From the NCBI GenBank assembly GCA_021513695.1, contig CP084166.1, forward strand, positions 2,304,001 to 2,368,000: DNA of 64,000 nt. Direction: 5' to 3'. Under the pieces are notes generated by a model. That model was given only the letters and a program-made list of their open reading frames with translations. It did not search any database and had not been told where the DNA came from. The stretch is from Candidatus Heimdallarchaeum aukensis. Its GTDB lineage: Archaea > Asgardarchaeota > Heimdallarchaeia > Heimdallarchaeales > Heimdallarchaeaceae. Position 1 is the first letter of the stretch; the number at the start of each line of letters is the position of its first letter. Positions 39,178-49,703 of the stretch are shown piece by piece. Position numbers and translations under genes: made by a program.

Positions 39178-40557
39178 TTGTCCTTAGAAACAAGAACTGA
39201 ATTAACTAACTCAGGAAGATTTCTTATACTAATCGGTTCCATCATGCTTGTTTTAGGGATTGCTATCGAAAATTATTTGTTTATTATCCCTGGATTATTT
39301 GTACTCTTGGTTATTATTTCAATTCTTGCTAATTTTTTCCTTTTCCAAAGTTTCCCAGAGGCTTCTATAACAGTTTCAAAAGACCATGTACGTAATAGGG
39401 GACTTGTGGCAGTTGTAGGTAATATTCGAAATAATAGCAAAAAAACGCTAATTTGCCGTATAACCCTAAACTATTCTTATCACTTTCATACAGTTGAAAA
39501 GCCCGAATCTTACCTTGTTCAAATAAAACCGGATTCCGAAATTAAACTAGATTGGTATTTATTAGCTATTAGAAGAGGAAATGGAACAATTGGACCAATT
39601 TCAATTTCTCTTAGATTTTTTCAGCAACTTCTTGTCAATCAAATAACTTGTCCAGAGAAAATACAAGTAAAAATTCTTCCTCAAAGACCAAAAATCCAAA
39701 TTCCGTGGAAAACGAAGAAGGATCTCTTGATGCAACTAGTAAACCAATTTGCACAAAGGGTTAAAGGACAAGGAACAGAATTTTTTGCTCTACGAGATTA
39801 TTTACCTGGAGATGAAATGAAGCATATAGATTGGAGAGCTACAGCTAGACATGATAAGCTCATAACGAGAGAATTTGAAGACGAAAAGCAGCTACACTTT
39901 CTCATTTTCCTTGATTTAGGAAGTACAATGTTTGGACCAAAATTTGATTATGCTTTGTCCAGTGTTGTTTCACTTTGTAGTTTGATAAAGGGGACCAATC
40001 ATGATTTGACTGTTATAGCTTATTCTCATGTAGTAGAGAAGTTTATTGTACCTCAAATTGGTATCCACGAATTAAAATTAATGCTTAATTTATATGATTT
40101 AGAAGCTACTGGAGTTCAAAGTGACTTTGTAGAAGCTGCAAAATTTGCTAGAACACAAAAATTTCATCATAGTATAGCAATCATCTTTTCTGACCTAGAT
40201 GGAGATATTAATCAAAAACTTCGTGGATTAGATATTCTTAAACTGATGGGGTCTAAGATTATATTTGTTAATTTTTCTACTCCAAGTTTTAACATTCTTG
40301 CATCCAAAGAATGGTTGATTGAAAAATCTCCAACGATATCTTATTCTACTATTTTAGATAAGGTTTTTTCAAGTTTAGCAATGGATGAATACAAAAATAG
40401 AGAATTAAAAGTAAGAAGAATATTACATGCTTTCGATGGAGATTTTGTTTCTATATATGGTTATGATGATGATATTATTTTAGCTCTCTATCGCCTTATG
40501 AAGAAATATAGCATTAAGCGAAAATTAGATGTTTTTTATAACAGAGGGGAAACTTAA
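39178..40557 (+). CDS. DUF58 protein (vWA-like, MoxR partner; module 1)
   Basis: The DUF58 core motif HIDWRATARHDKLITREFEDEKQ followed by FLIFLDLGSTM (MIDAS-like DxSxS region). Two N-terminal TM helices. It is 19 nt downstream of the MoxR gene. Confidence 0.8.
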   Translation: MSLETRTELTNSGRFLILIGSIMLVLGIAIENYLFIIPGLFVLLVIISILANFFLFQSFPEASITVSKDHVRNRGLVAVVGNIRNNSKKTLICRITLNYSYHFHTVEKPESYLVQIKPDSEIKLDWYLLAIRRGNGTIGPISISLRFFQQLLVNQITCPEKIQVKILPQRPKIQIPWKTKKDLLMQLVNQFAQRVKGQGTEFFALRDYLPGDEMKHIDWRATARHDKLITREFEDEKQLHFLIFLDLGSTMFGPKFDYALSSVVSLCSLIKGTNHDLTVIAYSHVVEKFIVPQIGIHELKLMLNLYDLEATGVQSDFVEAAKFARTQKFHHSIAIIFSDLDGDINQKLRGLDILKLMGSKIIFVNFSTPSFNILASKEWLIEKSPTISYSTILDKVFSSLAMDEYKNRELKVRRILHAFDGDFVSIYGYDDDIILALYRLMKKYSIKRKLDVFYNRGET

Positions 40558-41339
40558 TGGTACGAATACGTGATGCAGATTTTGATGCAAATTGGAACTT
40601 AGAAATAAAAAAAACAAAAGGATTTCAGATTATACAAATTCTTCATCTACTATTTGGATTTATGGCACTATTACTTATTCTTGTTCAATCTATTCTGAGT
40701 GATAATATTATTATTTTTACAGTTTGGATGTCATTCACAATAATAATCCTGTTGATAGACATTTCTCGTGGAAGCAACATTAAGATACAAGATGAAATGG
40801 CTTTCTTTGGTTTAATGCTTCTAGGAACATTATTTTCTATGTATTTAGCTAATATTAAATCAATGTTCTTTATTGATAACTTCAACAGGGTGAATATAAT
40901 TTTATATCAAATCTTTGTTGGAGTATTTATATCTCTACGTTTTTTCTTTGCGATATACTTTGAATCAGTGTATAATAAAGAGTTCAAAGTTTTACATCCA
41001 AAAACAAGTTATTCTTCAGAACAATTAAAAATGTATAAAAATAACTTACTAAAAACTGACTTCTCTGTAAAGCAAGTTAAACAATTAGCCTTCAAAAATC
41101 AATTCTTTTATCTTTTATCTACAATCTTCATTCCAATAATCATAATTGGGATATTTGTGTTATTATCTTATGCTTATGCCTTTTTTATCTACTTACTTTT
41201 ACCCAATGATGTGCTTAAAGATTTCATAATTAAACCTGCATTTATAGTTTTTTCATTATTATTTAGTTTCATACTGGTAAGACTAGTTAATTCCTTACCA
41301 GAACTTCTTGGAAAAAAAATATCTGATAAAACAAATTGA
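40557..41339 (+). CDS. hypothetical polytopic membrane protein (module 1 terminal gene)
   Basis: 260 aa with about six hydrophobic helices. The start overlaps the DUF58 stop (TAATG). Confidence 0.4.
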   Translation: MVRIRDADFDANWNLEIKKTKGFQIIQILHLLFGFMALLLILVQSILSDNIIIFTVWMSFTIIILLIDISRGSNIKIQDEMAFFGLMLLGTLFSMYLANIKSMFFIDNFNRVNIILYQIFVGVFISLRFFFAIYFESVYNKEFKVLHPKTSYSSEQLKMYKNNLLKTDFSVKQVKQLAFKNQFFYLLSTIFIPIIIIGIFVLLSYAYAFFIYLLLPNDVLKDFIIKPAFIVFSLLFSFILVRLVNSLPELLGKKISDKTN

Positions 41340-41436
41340 CAACAGAGCCGTTTATATTCAATTAATAAAATAATTAACTATAATAATACATTCACATATT
41401 AATAAGGAAAAGTAAAAAATGTTCTCTTTGTTTTTC

Positions 41437-42147
41437 CTACTTAGAATTGCTTTTCCAATTCTGTTTCAACTGTTCTAATGTTGGGGCTCTTCCACAGCTT
41501 TTCTCAATTTCAGGGCAATATCCATAAAAATCACAGAAAGCACCCGCTTTTTTAAACAATACTGGTGCTACCTTTTTTACTTCATTTAACATTTTGTTAG
41601 CAAGTTCTCTTATTTCCCATTGAGCTCTAACACAGCATCGTGAAGAAAAAAAGTCTATTAACGCATGTGCATTCATTGAAACAACTAATTGAGTGCTTGT
41701 TGCATTTGGAAGAATATATCTTGCATCTTCTTTTGGTACTCCTTTCTCTATCAAATCAGTATAAAAGGCAAATAATTCTTTGATTTTATTTTCATATTCC
41801 TCTTTCATTCCTAATTCATCTATAGTTTTAGGAGTAATAAAACTAAAAGAGGCTGCATTGACATATCTCTGTGATTGTTGTGAGTAACTTGCTATTCTTT
41901 TTCTTACTAATTGATGAGATAATACTCTACTCACACCAGATACATGAAATACAAAAATATTATGTTCAATAATTGAAAGATGACCTGATTCGATGATCTT
42001 GCTCAAATATTCCTCTTTTTTTAGTATAGCTTTCTGTTTGACTTTCTCTAGTTCTGACTCTTTACTATAACAAATTACGGCGGCAATGTTTGCAATTAAT
42101 TCAGCTTCTTCAGGATAACTAATTAGACTAACTTCGATAATGTTCAC
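41437..42147 (-). CDS. thyX: FAD-dependent thymidylate synthase ThyX (divergent RKR variant of the RHR motif)
   Basis: Contains SHQLVRKRIASYSQQSQRY, matching the ThyX signature (ELV)RHR-x7-S...QRY except that His is replaced by Lys. Length 236 aa. Confidence 0.6.
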   Translation of the reverse strand: MNIIEVSLISYPEEAELIANIAAVICYSKESELEKVKQKAILKKEEYLSKIIESGHLSIIEHNIFVFHVSGVSRVLSHQLVRKRIASYSQQSQRYVNAASFSFITPKTIDELGMKEEYENKIKELFAFYTDLIEKGVPKEDARYILPNATSTQLVVSMNAHALIDFFSSRCCVRAQWEIRELANKMLNEVKKVAPVLFKKAGAFCDFYGYCPEIEKSCGRAPTLEQLKQNWKSNSK

Positions 42148-42338
42148 TTCCTTCCATTATTTGCTCTTTATAGTTCATTATTTTACCTATTTCAAATTTG
42201 TTTCTATCGTTTTTTTATGAACTATTAATACTCTCTTTATTAAGCAAAATGAAATCAGAAACCTTTTTGAATTAAAAAGTATAATAATAAAAATAGGGTG
42301 TTATAATACATTATTCTAAGATAGATAGAGGATTCTTT

Positions 42339-45300
42339 ATGGCAACGAAAGTAAAAAAACTAAAAACTACAAAAAGGTTAAAGCACAAACCTGCTGTTGT
42401 TCCTAAAAAAACAAGAAAAATTAAAACAAAAAAAAGTAAGCTCCCAATTACTACTGTAGAAGAAAAAAAATTGAAGGTAAAAAATATAATTTTCACAATC
42501 ATCTTTGGAGCTTTAACAGTTGCAGCATTTTTCTTTAGAAAAATTATTAGTAATCTAAATCCTCCATCAGATCCAGTTACAGAACTTATTATCACAGTTG
42601 TTCGTCTATTTTTAATTGGGTTGTTTACATATATCACCCTCTTATCTTTTGAAACTTATAAGGTAAAATTCCATCCTAAACCATTAAGGATACTATTAAC
42701 GGTTATAACATTAATTGTATTCTTTCCCCTAACATTGTTTAAGTATTATACAAGACACAATGTTTGGCGAATTATATTTGTAGGAATGACTATTATATCT
42801 CTGTTTATGACCTTTTTTGGGTCGTATCTTACAGGGGTCCTCTATCGAGATAGTTTAAATGGAGCAGAACCCGATAAAAATCCTATAGATACAAGTTTCC
42901 TATCCTCTCCTTTTATTATTAATCTCCCTGTGGATATAGAATCTTTTTTGGATCTATTAAATAATTTAGGTGATCTTGATGATCTTACTTTAGAAACAAG
43001 CGTTGCTAATATTACGGCTCAAAATGGTTTTTTGGGTAATTTTCTCTATCGCTGGGATGTATACGATGAATACAATCCTGATGGCTGGGAATTTGAAAAA
43101 TCAAATGAAGCAACTTTGTATAATATTCCTCAAGATGAGAGGGGAGAACCTAGTGATTTTGATAGTGCTACAGATGTAAGAATGTCTATTCAGCAATCAA
43201 TTTATACTGCTACAAGTGGTGTAGATATTAGTTTACTTTCAACTTGGAATTCCATTTATCGTCCTCATATTGATTGGGAAAGCGATTGGAGTGATAATGT
43301 AAGAGATCTTCAAGGTAATTCAGTAGGCTCTAGTGATACAAGTATTTACTATGATACTCAAGATCAGCTTCATCTAAAAACAAAAGCAGATAAATCTGAT
43401 CCACTAACTCCTTTTCAAGGTACATTTGAGTATACGACATATTTCATGTATGAGGATGATATAGATTTTATAATGCAAAATTCTCTCGATTATGAGGACC
43501 TAGATAGTAATTATATTCAATCAGAATATTCTGCATTTTTACAAGCTCCCAATGGATATTATGATACTATCTCAACAGCCGTTACAAACTTTGCTGATAA
43601 TGAGATAGGTAGCACAATAGATTCTTCCACTTCCGTTTATGATGTAGTAAGCAGTGTAATACAAAATGTGTTAAACAAAGGTAATTTAGAGAATATCTTT
43701 GGGGCAACTAATGTAGATACAGGTGGTGAAGATCCTGCAAATGTTTTAGCTAGAAATGAAGATGCTCCATCTTCTGCTTACATTTCTTTAACAGTTATGG
43801 CTTTACGTAGATTAGGCATTCCTGCTCGCCCTGTGATGGGTTTTGCTGTAGGAAGTGGAACTGATAGTTACAGAGAAATAAAATTGGCTAATTTATATTA
43901 TTGGGTAGAAGTTCTGATGCCACTGGACACGGATAATGATGGTTCAGCAGATGAATATAGATGGGGACAATTTCAGATAGGACCATATCCTGTTGATGAA
44001 ACAACATTTGTTTTCTGCGACAATAGCCTTAATGCTCAGTATGATCTGAACCTAGAAATTTTCGAACAAACCACAGGGGATGTTAGAACCATGTCCTCTG
44101 GTGAAGGAGAAATCTATCTTGTAGATCACGGAGTAACATATACCATTCAGGTAAGTGCAACTAGAAGTGGGAACCCTTCAGAAAATGTTCCTATAACCTT
44201 AAAATCCTATTCTGCAAGTGAATTACAAGGTGGTTTTAGTACCTCTATTTTATCTGGTGGAATAGAGATATCTCAGCAACCCATTGTAACTGATGCTTCG
44301 GGTGTAGCTACATTAACTTATGAATTTACTCCTGAAAATTATTCTACTTTCGATCTTGCAGATCAAACTGGTACTACATATTTCATTGTAGCTCTTAATG
44401 GATTAAACAGTTATTCAGCAAAAGGTATAGCAATATTTCCATCAGGGTATTTAACCGATGTTGTACTAAATGCTTCAAAACAAACAATACCTAATCCCCA
44501 GAATCTGGCAGAAACGAAGACCTATTACTTGATTCAGCAAGGTTGGAAATATGAAATGTTTTCTTATCTTTATAAAGAGGGGCCACCTGGAACTGACCCT
44601 CTAGAAAATCGAACAGTAAACTATTATCTTCTAACCCCTGAGCAGTTACAAGATATAATCAACGGAGCTTCAATTGATCCTACACAGTTTACTCTAATAG
44701 GGAGCGCTACAACAGATCCAGATGGTAATTCATCTGTCTTCTCTGTAAATGAGACTACTCAAGTTGATTACTTTACTTCATTAACTGTTAACACAACATA
44801 CGCGATTTTGGCTGTATATGGTTTTAATTATTCTTATGCTCCAATAGTTATTATTGATGGATTAATAGCTTCTGTAAAAGTCAACGATACGTTATTAGAT
44901 ACTGGAACAGATGGATATACAATGTGGGAAGAAATAAATGTAACTCTTTCCATGCAACCACCTAATGGTTATGCTGAACCTCTTGCGGATGAAGATGTCT
45001 GGTTATGGGTTGTTTATGAAACTGATTGGCAAGAATATGATGGTTCAATCGATGGAACAACCTATAATTCTACATTAAATTCTTCAACAAGAAGTTATTA
45101 CATTGGACATAGAAAAACAAATTCCAACGGGCAGATTATTGAGAACTACTTAATAGATGCTACTCAACTTGGAGCAGGAAAATTCAAGATTGTTGCAATA
45201 TACTCAGAAAGATGGGAAGGTTCTGAAGACATTTTCATAGTTGTTGGACCTGCATTAAGTGTTATAATAAACACAAAAAATACAGTTATTTTAGATAGCT

Positions 45301-45449
45301 ATAGCATAGATAATGGTTCGTTTGATTTTATTAGGGGTATAAACACTTACCTTCTTGCTATTTCAGCTACAATTGCACTCGTTACTGCAAAAAAACTTCT
45401 TTTTCCTAATAAAAAGAGGTGTACCCAAAAAAAAAGAAATAAATGGTGA
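42339..45449 (+). CDS. TgpA-like membrane protein: Lys-rich N-tail, 4-TM N-domain, extracellular transglutaminase-like (papain-fold) domain with substituted catalytic residues, long extracellular region and a C-terminal TM (module 2, position 1)
   Basis: TM helices (IIFTIIFGALTVAAFFF; LIITVVRLFLIGLFTYITLL; ILLTVITLIVFFPLTLF; IIFVGMTIISLFMTFFGSYL). The TGase-core-like segment SSAYISLTVMALRRLGIPARPVMGF...YYWVEVLMP aligns to the G-x-C-x-x-F-A...R-x-x-G-I-P-A-R...H-x-W-x-E-V consensus, with the Cys position occupied by Ser and the His by Tyr. C-terminal TM (TYLLAISATIALVTA). Confidence 0.55.
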   Translation: MATKVKKLKTTKRLKHKPAVVPKKTRKIKTKKSKLPITTVEEKKLKVKNIIFTIIFGALTVAAFFFRKIISNLNPPSDPVTELIITVVRLFLIGLFTYITLLSFETYKVKFHPKPLRILLTVITLIVFFPLTLFKYYTRHNVWRIIFVGMTIISLFMTFFGSYLTGVLYRDSLNGAEPDKNPIDTSFLSSPFIINLPVDIESFLDLLNNLGDLDDLTLETSVANITAQNGFLGNFLYRWDVYDEYNPDGWEFEKSNEATLYNIPQDERGEPSDFDSATDVRMSIQQSIYTATSGVDISLLSTWNSIYRPHIDWESDWSDNVRDLQGNSVGSSDTSIYYDTQDQLHLKTKADKSDPLTPFQGTFEYTTYFMYEDDIDFIMQNSLDYEDLDSNYIQSEYSAFLQAPNGYYDTISTAVTNFADNEIGSTIDSSTSVYDVVSSVIQNVLNKGNLENIFGATNVDTGGEDPANVLARNEDAPSSAYISLTVMALRRLGIPARPVMGFAVGSGTDSYREIKLANLYYWVEVLMPLDTDNDGSADEYRWGQFQIGPYPVDETTFVFCDNSLNAQYDLNLEIFEQTTGDVRTMSSGEGEIYLVDHGVTYTIQVSATRSGNPSENVPITLKSYSASELQGGFSTSILSGGIEISQQPIVTDASGVATLTYEFTPENYSTFDLADQTGTTYFIVALNGLNSYSAKGIAIFPSGYLTDVVLNASKQTIPNPQNLAETKTYYLIQQGWKYEMFSYLYKEGPPGTDPLENRTVNYYLLTPEQLQDIINGASIDPTQFTLIGSATTDPDGNSSVFSVNETTQVDYFTSLTVNTTYAILAVYGFNYSYAPIVIIDGLIASVKVNDTLLDTGTDGYTMWEEINVTLSMQPPNGYAEPLADEDVWLWVVYETDWQEYDGSIDGTTYNSTLNSSTRSYYIGHRKTNSNGQIIENYLIDATQLGAGKFKIVAIYSERWEGSEDIFIVVGPALSVIINTKNTVILDSYSIDNGSFDFIRGINTYLLAISATIALVTAKKLLFPNKKRCTQKKRNKW

Positions 45450-48400
45450 GAACTATGAAGTACTATAATCACATAAAAATTTTTACGGTTTTCATTTCTT
45501 TAATTATATTCTTGTCGAGTTTGCCAGTTTATTCATTTAATTATGAAAAGTTAGTTACTAAAAGTGATCTTGATCCTACAATAGAGAATAATTTAATTAA
45601 TTATGAAAATAAGAATAGAGAGTTAAATGTCTATTCTAATTTTAAGCATAGTTCTCATTTTACTAAGAGAGAGAAAAAAACACCTGGTAATTATGAATAT
45701 TATCGTTCTCCATTAAACATCGGGTTATATGTTAGTATTCCTGGGACATCTTCTCTCTCTTCTGATTCTTCAAGGTTAAAATTGAGTATTAGCAGCCCTA
45801 CAGAGGGAACAAAACTATTTCGAGGAAATACAATTACAGTTAGTGGTGTTCTCCGTTCAGCAGCCCCAAACGATTTCTGGGATGGAGAAACAGTAGAAAT
45901 ATACTATAATTTAACTGAAGCAGAGTTTAAGGTGGATCCTGATTCTTATCGTAGTTCTAACTATTATGTTACTTCCGTGGTTACAAATAGTCAAGGAGAA
46001 TTCACTGCAACAATCAGTACATCCACGCTTTCTGCTGATTTTCGCTCAAAAGTAGGAAATATTACAATTTTTACGTGGTTTGACGGGAATCCTGACAAAG
46101 GACGTGGGTCTGGTTCACCAGGAAGTTCTTATGTGTTTGTTTATGGTGGGCTGAAAACAGATGTGAGTTATTCTGTAACAAATCCCAACCAACCTTATTC
46201 ATTTACAACACGGATATTGTTTGATAATAATACTGAAGTTACAACTAGTGGAACTCAGTATCACATTCAAGTAACTTGGCTAACAGATAACAGAGTAGAC
46301 ATAAATGGTAATTTTACTTTTACAACTAACTCTCACACTTATTCAAATACAAGCCCCTCTACAATTCAAACAGTAAAATATGAATCATATTATGATAGTT
46401 CACAGCTTTCCTTAAATTTCTTCGTAACTACAGGAGATACTTCTTTCAGCAATAAACTTCTTCATGCAGTAAAGCAAGCAACTACAAGCGAACAAGTAGT
46501 TGTTTCTTCTTATTATGTTACAGGAACAGGATTGACTGATGCAGATATTGCAATACCTCTTGATTCATACATAACAGTTTATGCAAATGTATCTGATTCA
46601 TCTGGATTGGTAGGAGCTGGTTACAACGTTACTTTAGAATTCTATCATGGGACAACTAGATATAATCTAACTACGATTCAGACTAACTCTTCAGGTGCTA
46701 TCCAGACAAAACACTTCGTTGATCATAATAACATCGCTGATATAACAATTAACAATGCTTTTTATATAACAATGACAGTAAGCTCTTCAGAGTTTGGAGG
46801 TGCAGATGTTACTCCTGATTCTCTTGGATCAGTTTTAGAATCAATAATTAATTCTATTAGCATTTCAATATCTAATACAACAATTTTCTATACTTCTGGT
46901 AAATCAATTTCATATACTGTAACAGTTACAGATAATTTTGGAAGAGTTGCTCCACTTGCTCAGTTCCAAGTGGACTTTCCTGGATTAAGTGTAATTACTT
47001 CTTCAACTGGTTCTTCTGGAACAAAGACATTATCATCTGTCATTCCTTCTTATACAATTCATACTCAAACAAAAACAATAAACGTTACAGCATTATTTAC
47101 TGATGGAGGTACCTACAGATATTTCCTTAATGGTACTCCTCAAAATAATGATACATTCAATATTTATTTTGACTTAACTTTAACACTTCAAGGTCCCTAC
47201 GACTCAAATATTGTTGACGGTGAGAGTACCTCTTACTTTAATAATACTTATTATTCGTTTTTCCAAACTGGAAATATATATAACCTCACTGTAGTTGATG
47301 AATGGGGAAGAAATCCCGTAGGCGCACCTTTCTCACTAAATTTTGAAGGACAAACCGTTTCTGGTGTTGTAACATCTGGAAATAACTTTATTGAATTAGA
47401 TCCTGATTTTAACCCTACTACTGGGGTAGATATTAATGTTCCCACAACAATCTCCTTAGTTGCGGAAGCCGGTGAAGCTAATTATCAATCTTCGATTTCC
47501 CATACTGTTAGCATATATGGCCCTGATCTTGATGCTCCTGTTATAAATGGAGAAACTTTATCCCCCAATCCATTTACAACTGCTTCACATGAACCATTCT
47601 TTAATGTTAGTTTTAGTATAAGTGTTTCTGATGTAGGTAGTGGTGTTAGAAGTGTAATTATTTATTATCAAGTAATCGAATCTAATGATAGTAGTTTACT
47701 TAACCCCGCAAATTGGATTACTTTGAACCTTACTGACTTAGGTGGGGGTATATGGTTTGGTTATATAAATACCACAATTGATTTTGCCTTACAATATGTT
47801 CATTATTATATTGAAGTGAAAGATTATGCAGGTTACGGGTTGCAAGAAAATGGAACAAGGCAACCAACTGCACAATATGATGAGAATTTTGGGTTAACAG
47901 GTTACCTATACAATGAAACACATACAAACTATTATCAACTTGGAGATTATGAACCTCCAGTAGAGGTCGCAGTTCCTACTACTGTAGACTCTCCAGACCC
48001 TAAAAGTCCTTATCTTAATATTACTGTTTATGTAAATGATAGTCTTATCTATACTGGTGTATCTCAAGTTCTTATTTATATTAATAGAACTGCAGTGGGT
48101 GGTACTACAGAAATAAATTGGGTAAATGGAGTTCAGATGACTAACATTCCAGGAACAAACGCATGGTTTTACCAATTGTTAGCAGAATATAATTACCAAT
48201 ATAGTTGGTACTACGTAGCTTACGACAATGCTGAACCATCTCCAAGAACTTTCAAGAGTCAGACATATACATACGAGGCAATTGATGATACTCCTCCGAT
48301 TATTTATAATATCGATGTTGTTCCTTCTACTGGTCTCCTGTGGAACAGTACTATGAACTTCACTATAAGAGTTGATGATGTTCAAAATGAAGTAGAAAAT

Positions 48401-49147
48401 GTTACGCTGTTCATTACTCTGACAGATCCAAACGGTGTTGAAGTGGAAAATGAAGCAATAGCTTTAACAGCTCAAGCTGGTACAATTATTTATAGTTACA
48501 CCCTAGATCTGAGTGTTTTTAATTATTCAGTATATGGAGGATATTTATTAGAATATCATTTCTACGTGGAAGATACTATAGGTAATAATATTAGTACGAC
48601 TTCTGTTCAATTAGCTATTAGTAATCCTGCGCCACCCAATCGTCCTCCTGTTGGAGATCCAGCTGATCCAAGTAGTGAGACCCCTATAGGTGGTATTGTT
48701 GGAGGAGCAATTGGTGGTATTGTTGCTCTTATAGTAATTCTTTTCCTATGGTTCAATAGACACTCTCTCCGAAGTTATGCTCAGCAACAAACATTGAGAA
48801 AGAGACTAAGAGACTATCTTCGCGAAATACTAGAAGACATCAAACGTTTGGGTTCAGAAAGCCGTTACAAAGAAGCTGTTCTAAAAACCTGGCAAGTAAT
48901 TGAGGGTGTAGGAAGAGAATTTTTTGATACTCCTAGGTTTAGACATCAAACACCTATGGAGTATGCTACTGTTCTTTCCAGAAGAGGAAAGATAGATATG
49001 GCGATACTCAATACTCTTTCGGAGTATTTTGAAAAAGCAAGATATGGCGCTGAAGTGATAACTGAAACAGACTTCAATGCAACCATATCTGCATTAATGA
49101 AAATAATTAACCAGTTAGAAGCTGGTGAAATGGAAATAGAAACATAA
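45443..49147 (+). CDS. giant (1234 aa) Thr/Ser/Asn-rich surface protein with an N-terminal signal/TM, a C-terminal TM and a cytoplasmic DUF4129-like tail (module 2, position 2)
   Basis: N-terminal hydrophobic segment (IFTVFISLIIFLSSLPVYS). The ectodomain of more than 1000 aa has dozens of N-x-S/T sequons (NLT, NVT, NIT, NTT, NSS...) and no Cys-rich motifs. C-terminal TM (IGGIVGGAIGGIVALIVILFLWF). The tail has HQTPMEY...YFEKARYGAEVITETD, matching the DUF4129-like pattern. It overlaps the upstream gene by 7 nt. Confidence 0.55.
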   Translation: MVRTMKYYNHIKIFTVFISLIIFLSSLPVYSFNYEKLVTKSDLDPTIENNLINYENKNRELNVYSNFKHSSHFTKREKKTPGNYEYYRSPLNIGLYVSIPGTSSLSSDSSRLKLSISSPTEGTKLFRGNTITVSGVLRSAAPNDFWDGETVEIYYNLTEAEFKVDPDSYRSSNYYVTSVVTNSQGEFTATISTSTLSADFRSKVGNITIFTWFDGNPDKGRGSGSPGSSYVFVYGGLKTDVSYSVTNPNQPYSFTTRILFDNNTEVTTSGTQYHIQVTWLTDNRVDINGNFTFTTNSHTYSNTSPSTIQTVKYESYYDSSQLSLNFFVTTGDTSFSNKLLHAVKQATTSEQVVVSSYYVTGTGLTDADIAIPLDSYITVYANVSDSSGLVGAGYNVTLEFYHGTTRYNLTTIQTNSSGAIQTKHFVDHNNIADITINNAFYITMTVSSSEFGGADVTPDSLGSVLESIINSISISISNTTIFYTSGKSISYTVTVTDNFGRVAPLAQFQVDFPGLSVITSSTGSSGTKTLSSVIPSYTIHTQTKTINVTALFTDGGTYRYFLNGTPQNNDTFNIYFDLTLTLQGPYDSNIVDGESTSYFNNTYYSFFQTGNIYNLTVVDEWGRNPVGAPFSLNFEGQTVSGVVTSGNNFIELDPDFNPTTGVDINVPTTISLVAEAGEANYQSSISHTVSIYGPDLDAPVINGETLSPNPFTTASHEPFFNVSFSISVSDVGSGVRSVIIYYQVIESNDSSLLNPANWITLNLTDLGGGIWFGYINTTIDFALQYVHYYIEVKDYAGYGLQENGTRQPTAQYDENFGLTGYLYNETHTNYYQLGDYEPPVEVAVPTTVDSPDPKSPYLNITVYVNDSLIYTGVSQVLIYINRTAVGGTTEINWVNGVQMTNIPGTNAWFYQLLAEYNYQYSWYYVAYDNAEPSPRTFKSQTYTYEAIDDTPPIIYNIDVVPSTGLLWNSTMNFTIRVDDVQNEVENVTLFITLTDPNGVEVENEAIALTAQAGTIIYSYTLDLSVFNYSVYGGYLLEYHFYVEDTIGNNISTTSVQLAISNPAPPNRPPVGDPADPSSETPIGGIVGGAIGGIVALIVILFLWFNRHSLRSYAQQQTLRKRLRDYLREILEDIKRLGSESRYKEAVLKTWQVIEGVGREFFDTPRFRHQTPMEYATVLSRRGKIDMAILNTLSEYFEKARYGAEVITETDFNATISALMKIINQLEAGEMEIET

Positions 49148-49148
49148 G

Positions 49149-49655
49149 GTGAATAAAATGTTCGGATGGGCAAAAAAGAGAAAAAGGTTAAAAAAATTAG
49201 ATCAACTGTTTAATGCTGCTATGGCTGATGTAAGAATATTTGAGCAAAGGCAAGACTATAGAGGAGCAGTTATTGCTTCATTTGGAGGTCTTGCAAGCAT
49301 TGCAGAGAACTTGATAAATCTTACAAGAGCTCCACATCAGACAGGTAGAGAATTTGGCATGCAAGTTGCAGAACAAGCAAACATCTCTACAGAAGTCATG
49401 GATGAGTTTCTTACATCTTTTGAAATAGCTAGATACACAGAAAGAGAAATAGGTTATGATGATTATCAAGAGGCCGTACAACGATTAGATGTTTGCTTTA
49501 GAGGAATACGAGAGCAAGGTATTCAAGAAATAACTGAAGTAACATCTTCAAAGAAAGAAAAGAAACCAAAAGTGAAAACAGCTAAAGCAGCAAAAACTGA
49601 AGTTAAAACTACTAAACAGTTAAAAACTCGAAAACAGTTGAAAACTAGAAGATAA
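49149..49655 (+). CDS. small cytoplasmic DUF4129-like protein with a Lys-rich C-terminal tail (module 2, position 3)
   Basis: HQTGREFG...SFEIARYTEREIGYDDYQEA matches the same TPxE[FY]...ARY...D pattern. The C-terminus is KKEKKPKVKTAKAAKTEVKTTKQLKTRKQLKTRR. It starts 2 nt after the giant gene's stop. Confidence 0.4.
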   Translation: MNKMFGWAKKRKRLKKLDQLFNAAMADVRIFEQRQDYRGAVIASFGGLASIAENLINLTRAPHQTGREFGMQVAEQANISTEVMDEFLTSFEIARYTEREIGYDDYQEAVQRLDVCFRGIREQGIQEITEVTSSKKEKKPKVKTAKAAKTEVKTTKQLKTRKQLKTRR

Positions 49656-49703
49656 TGGTTTGGTTCTAAAAAAAGATAAATGAAAAAAAATGGTGTGTAA
49701 TGT

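Noticed and set aside
47251-48385. Several 64-89-aa minus-strand ORFs inside the 1234-aa surface-protein gene
   Set aside because: They are short, nested antisense ORFs in an AT-rich repetitive coding region with no support.
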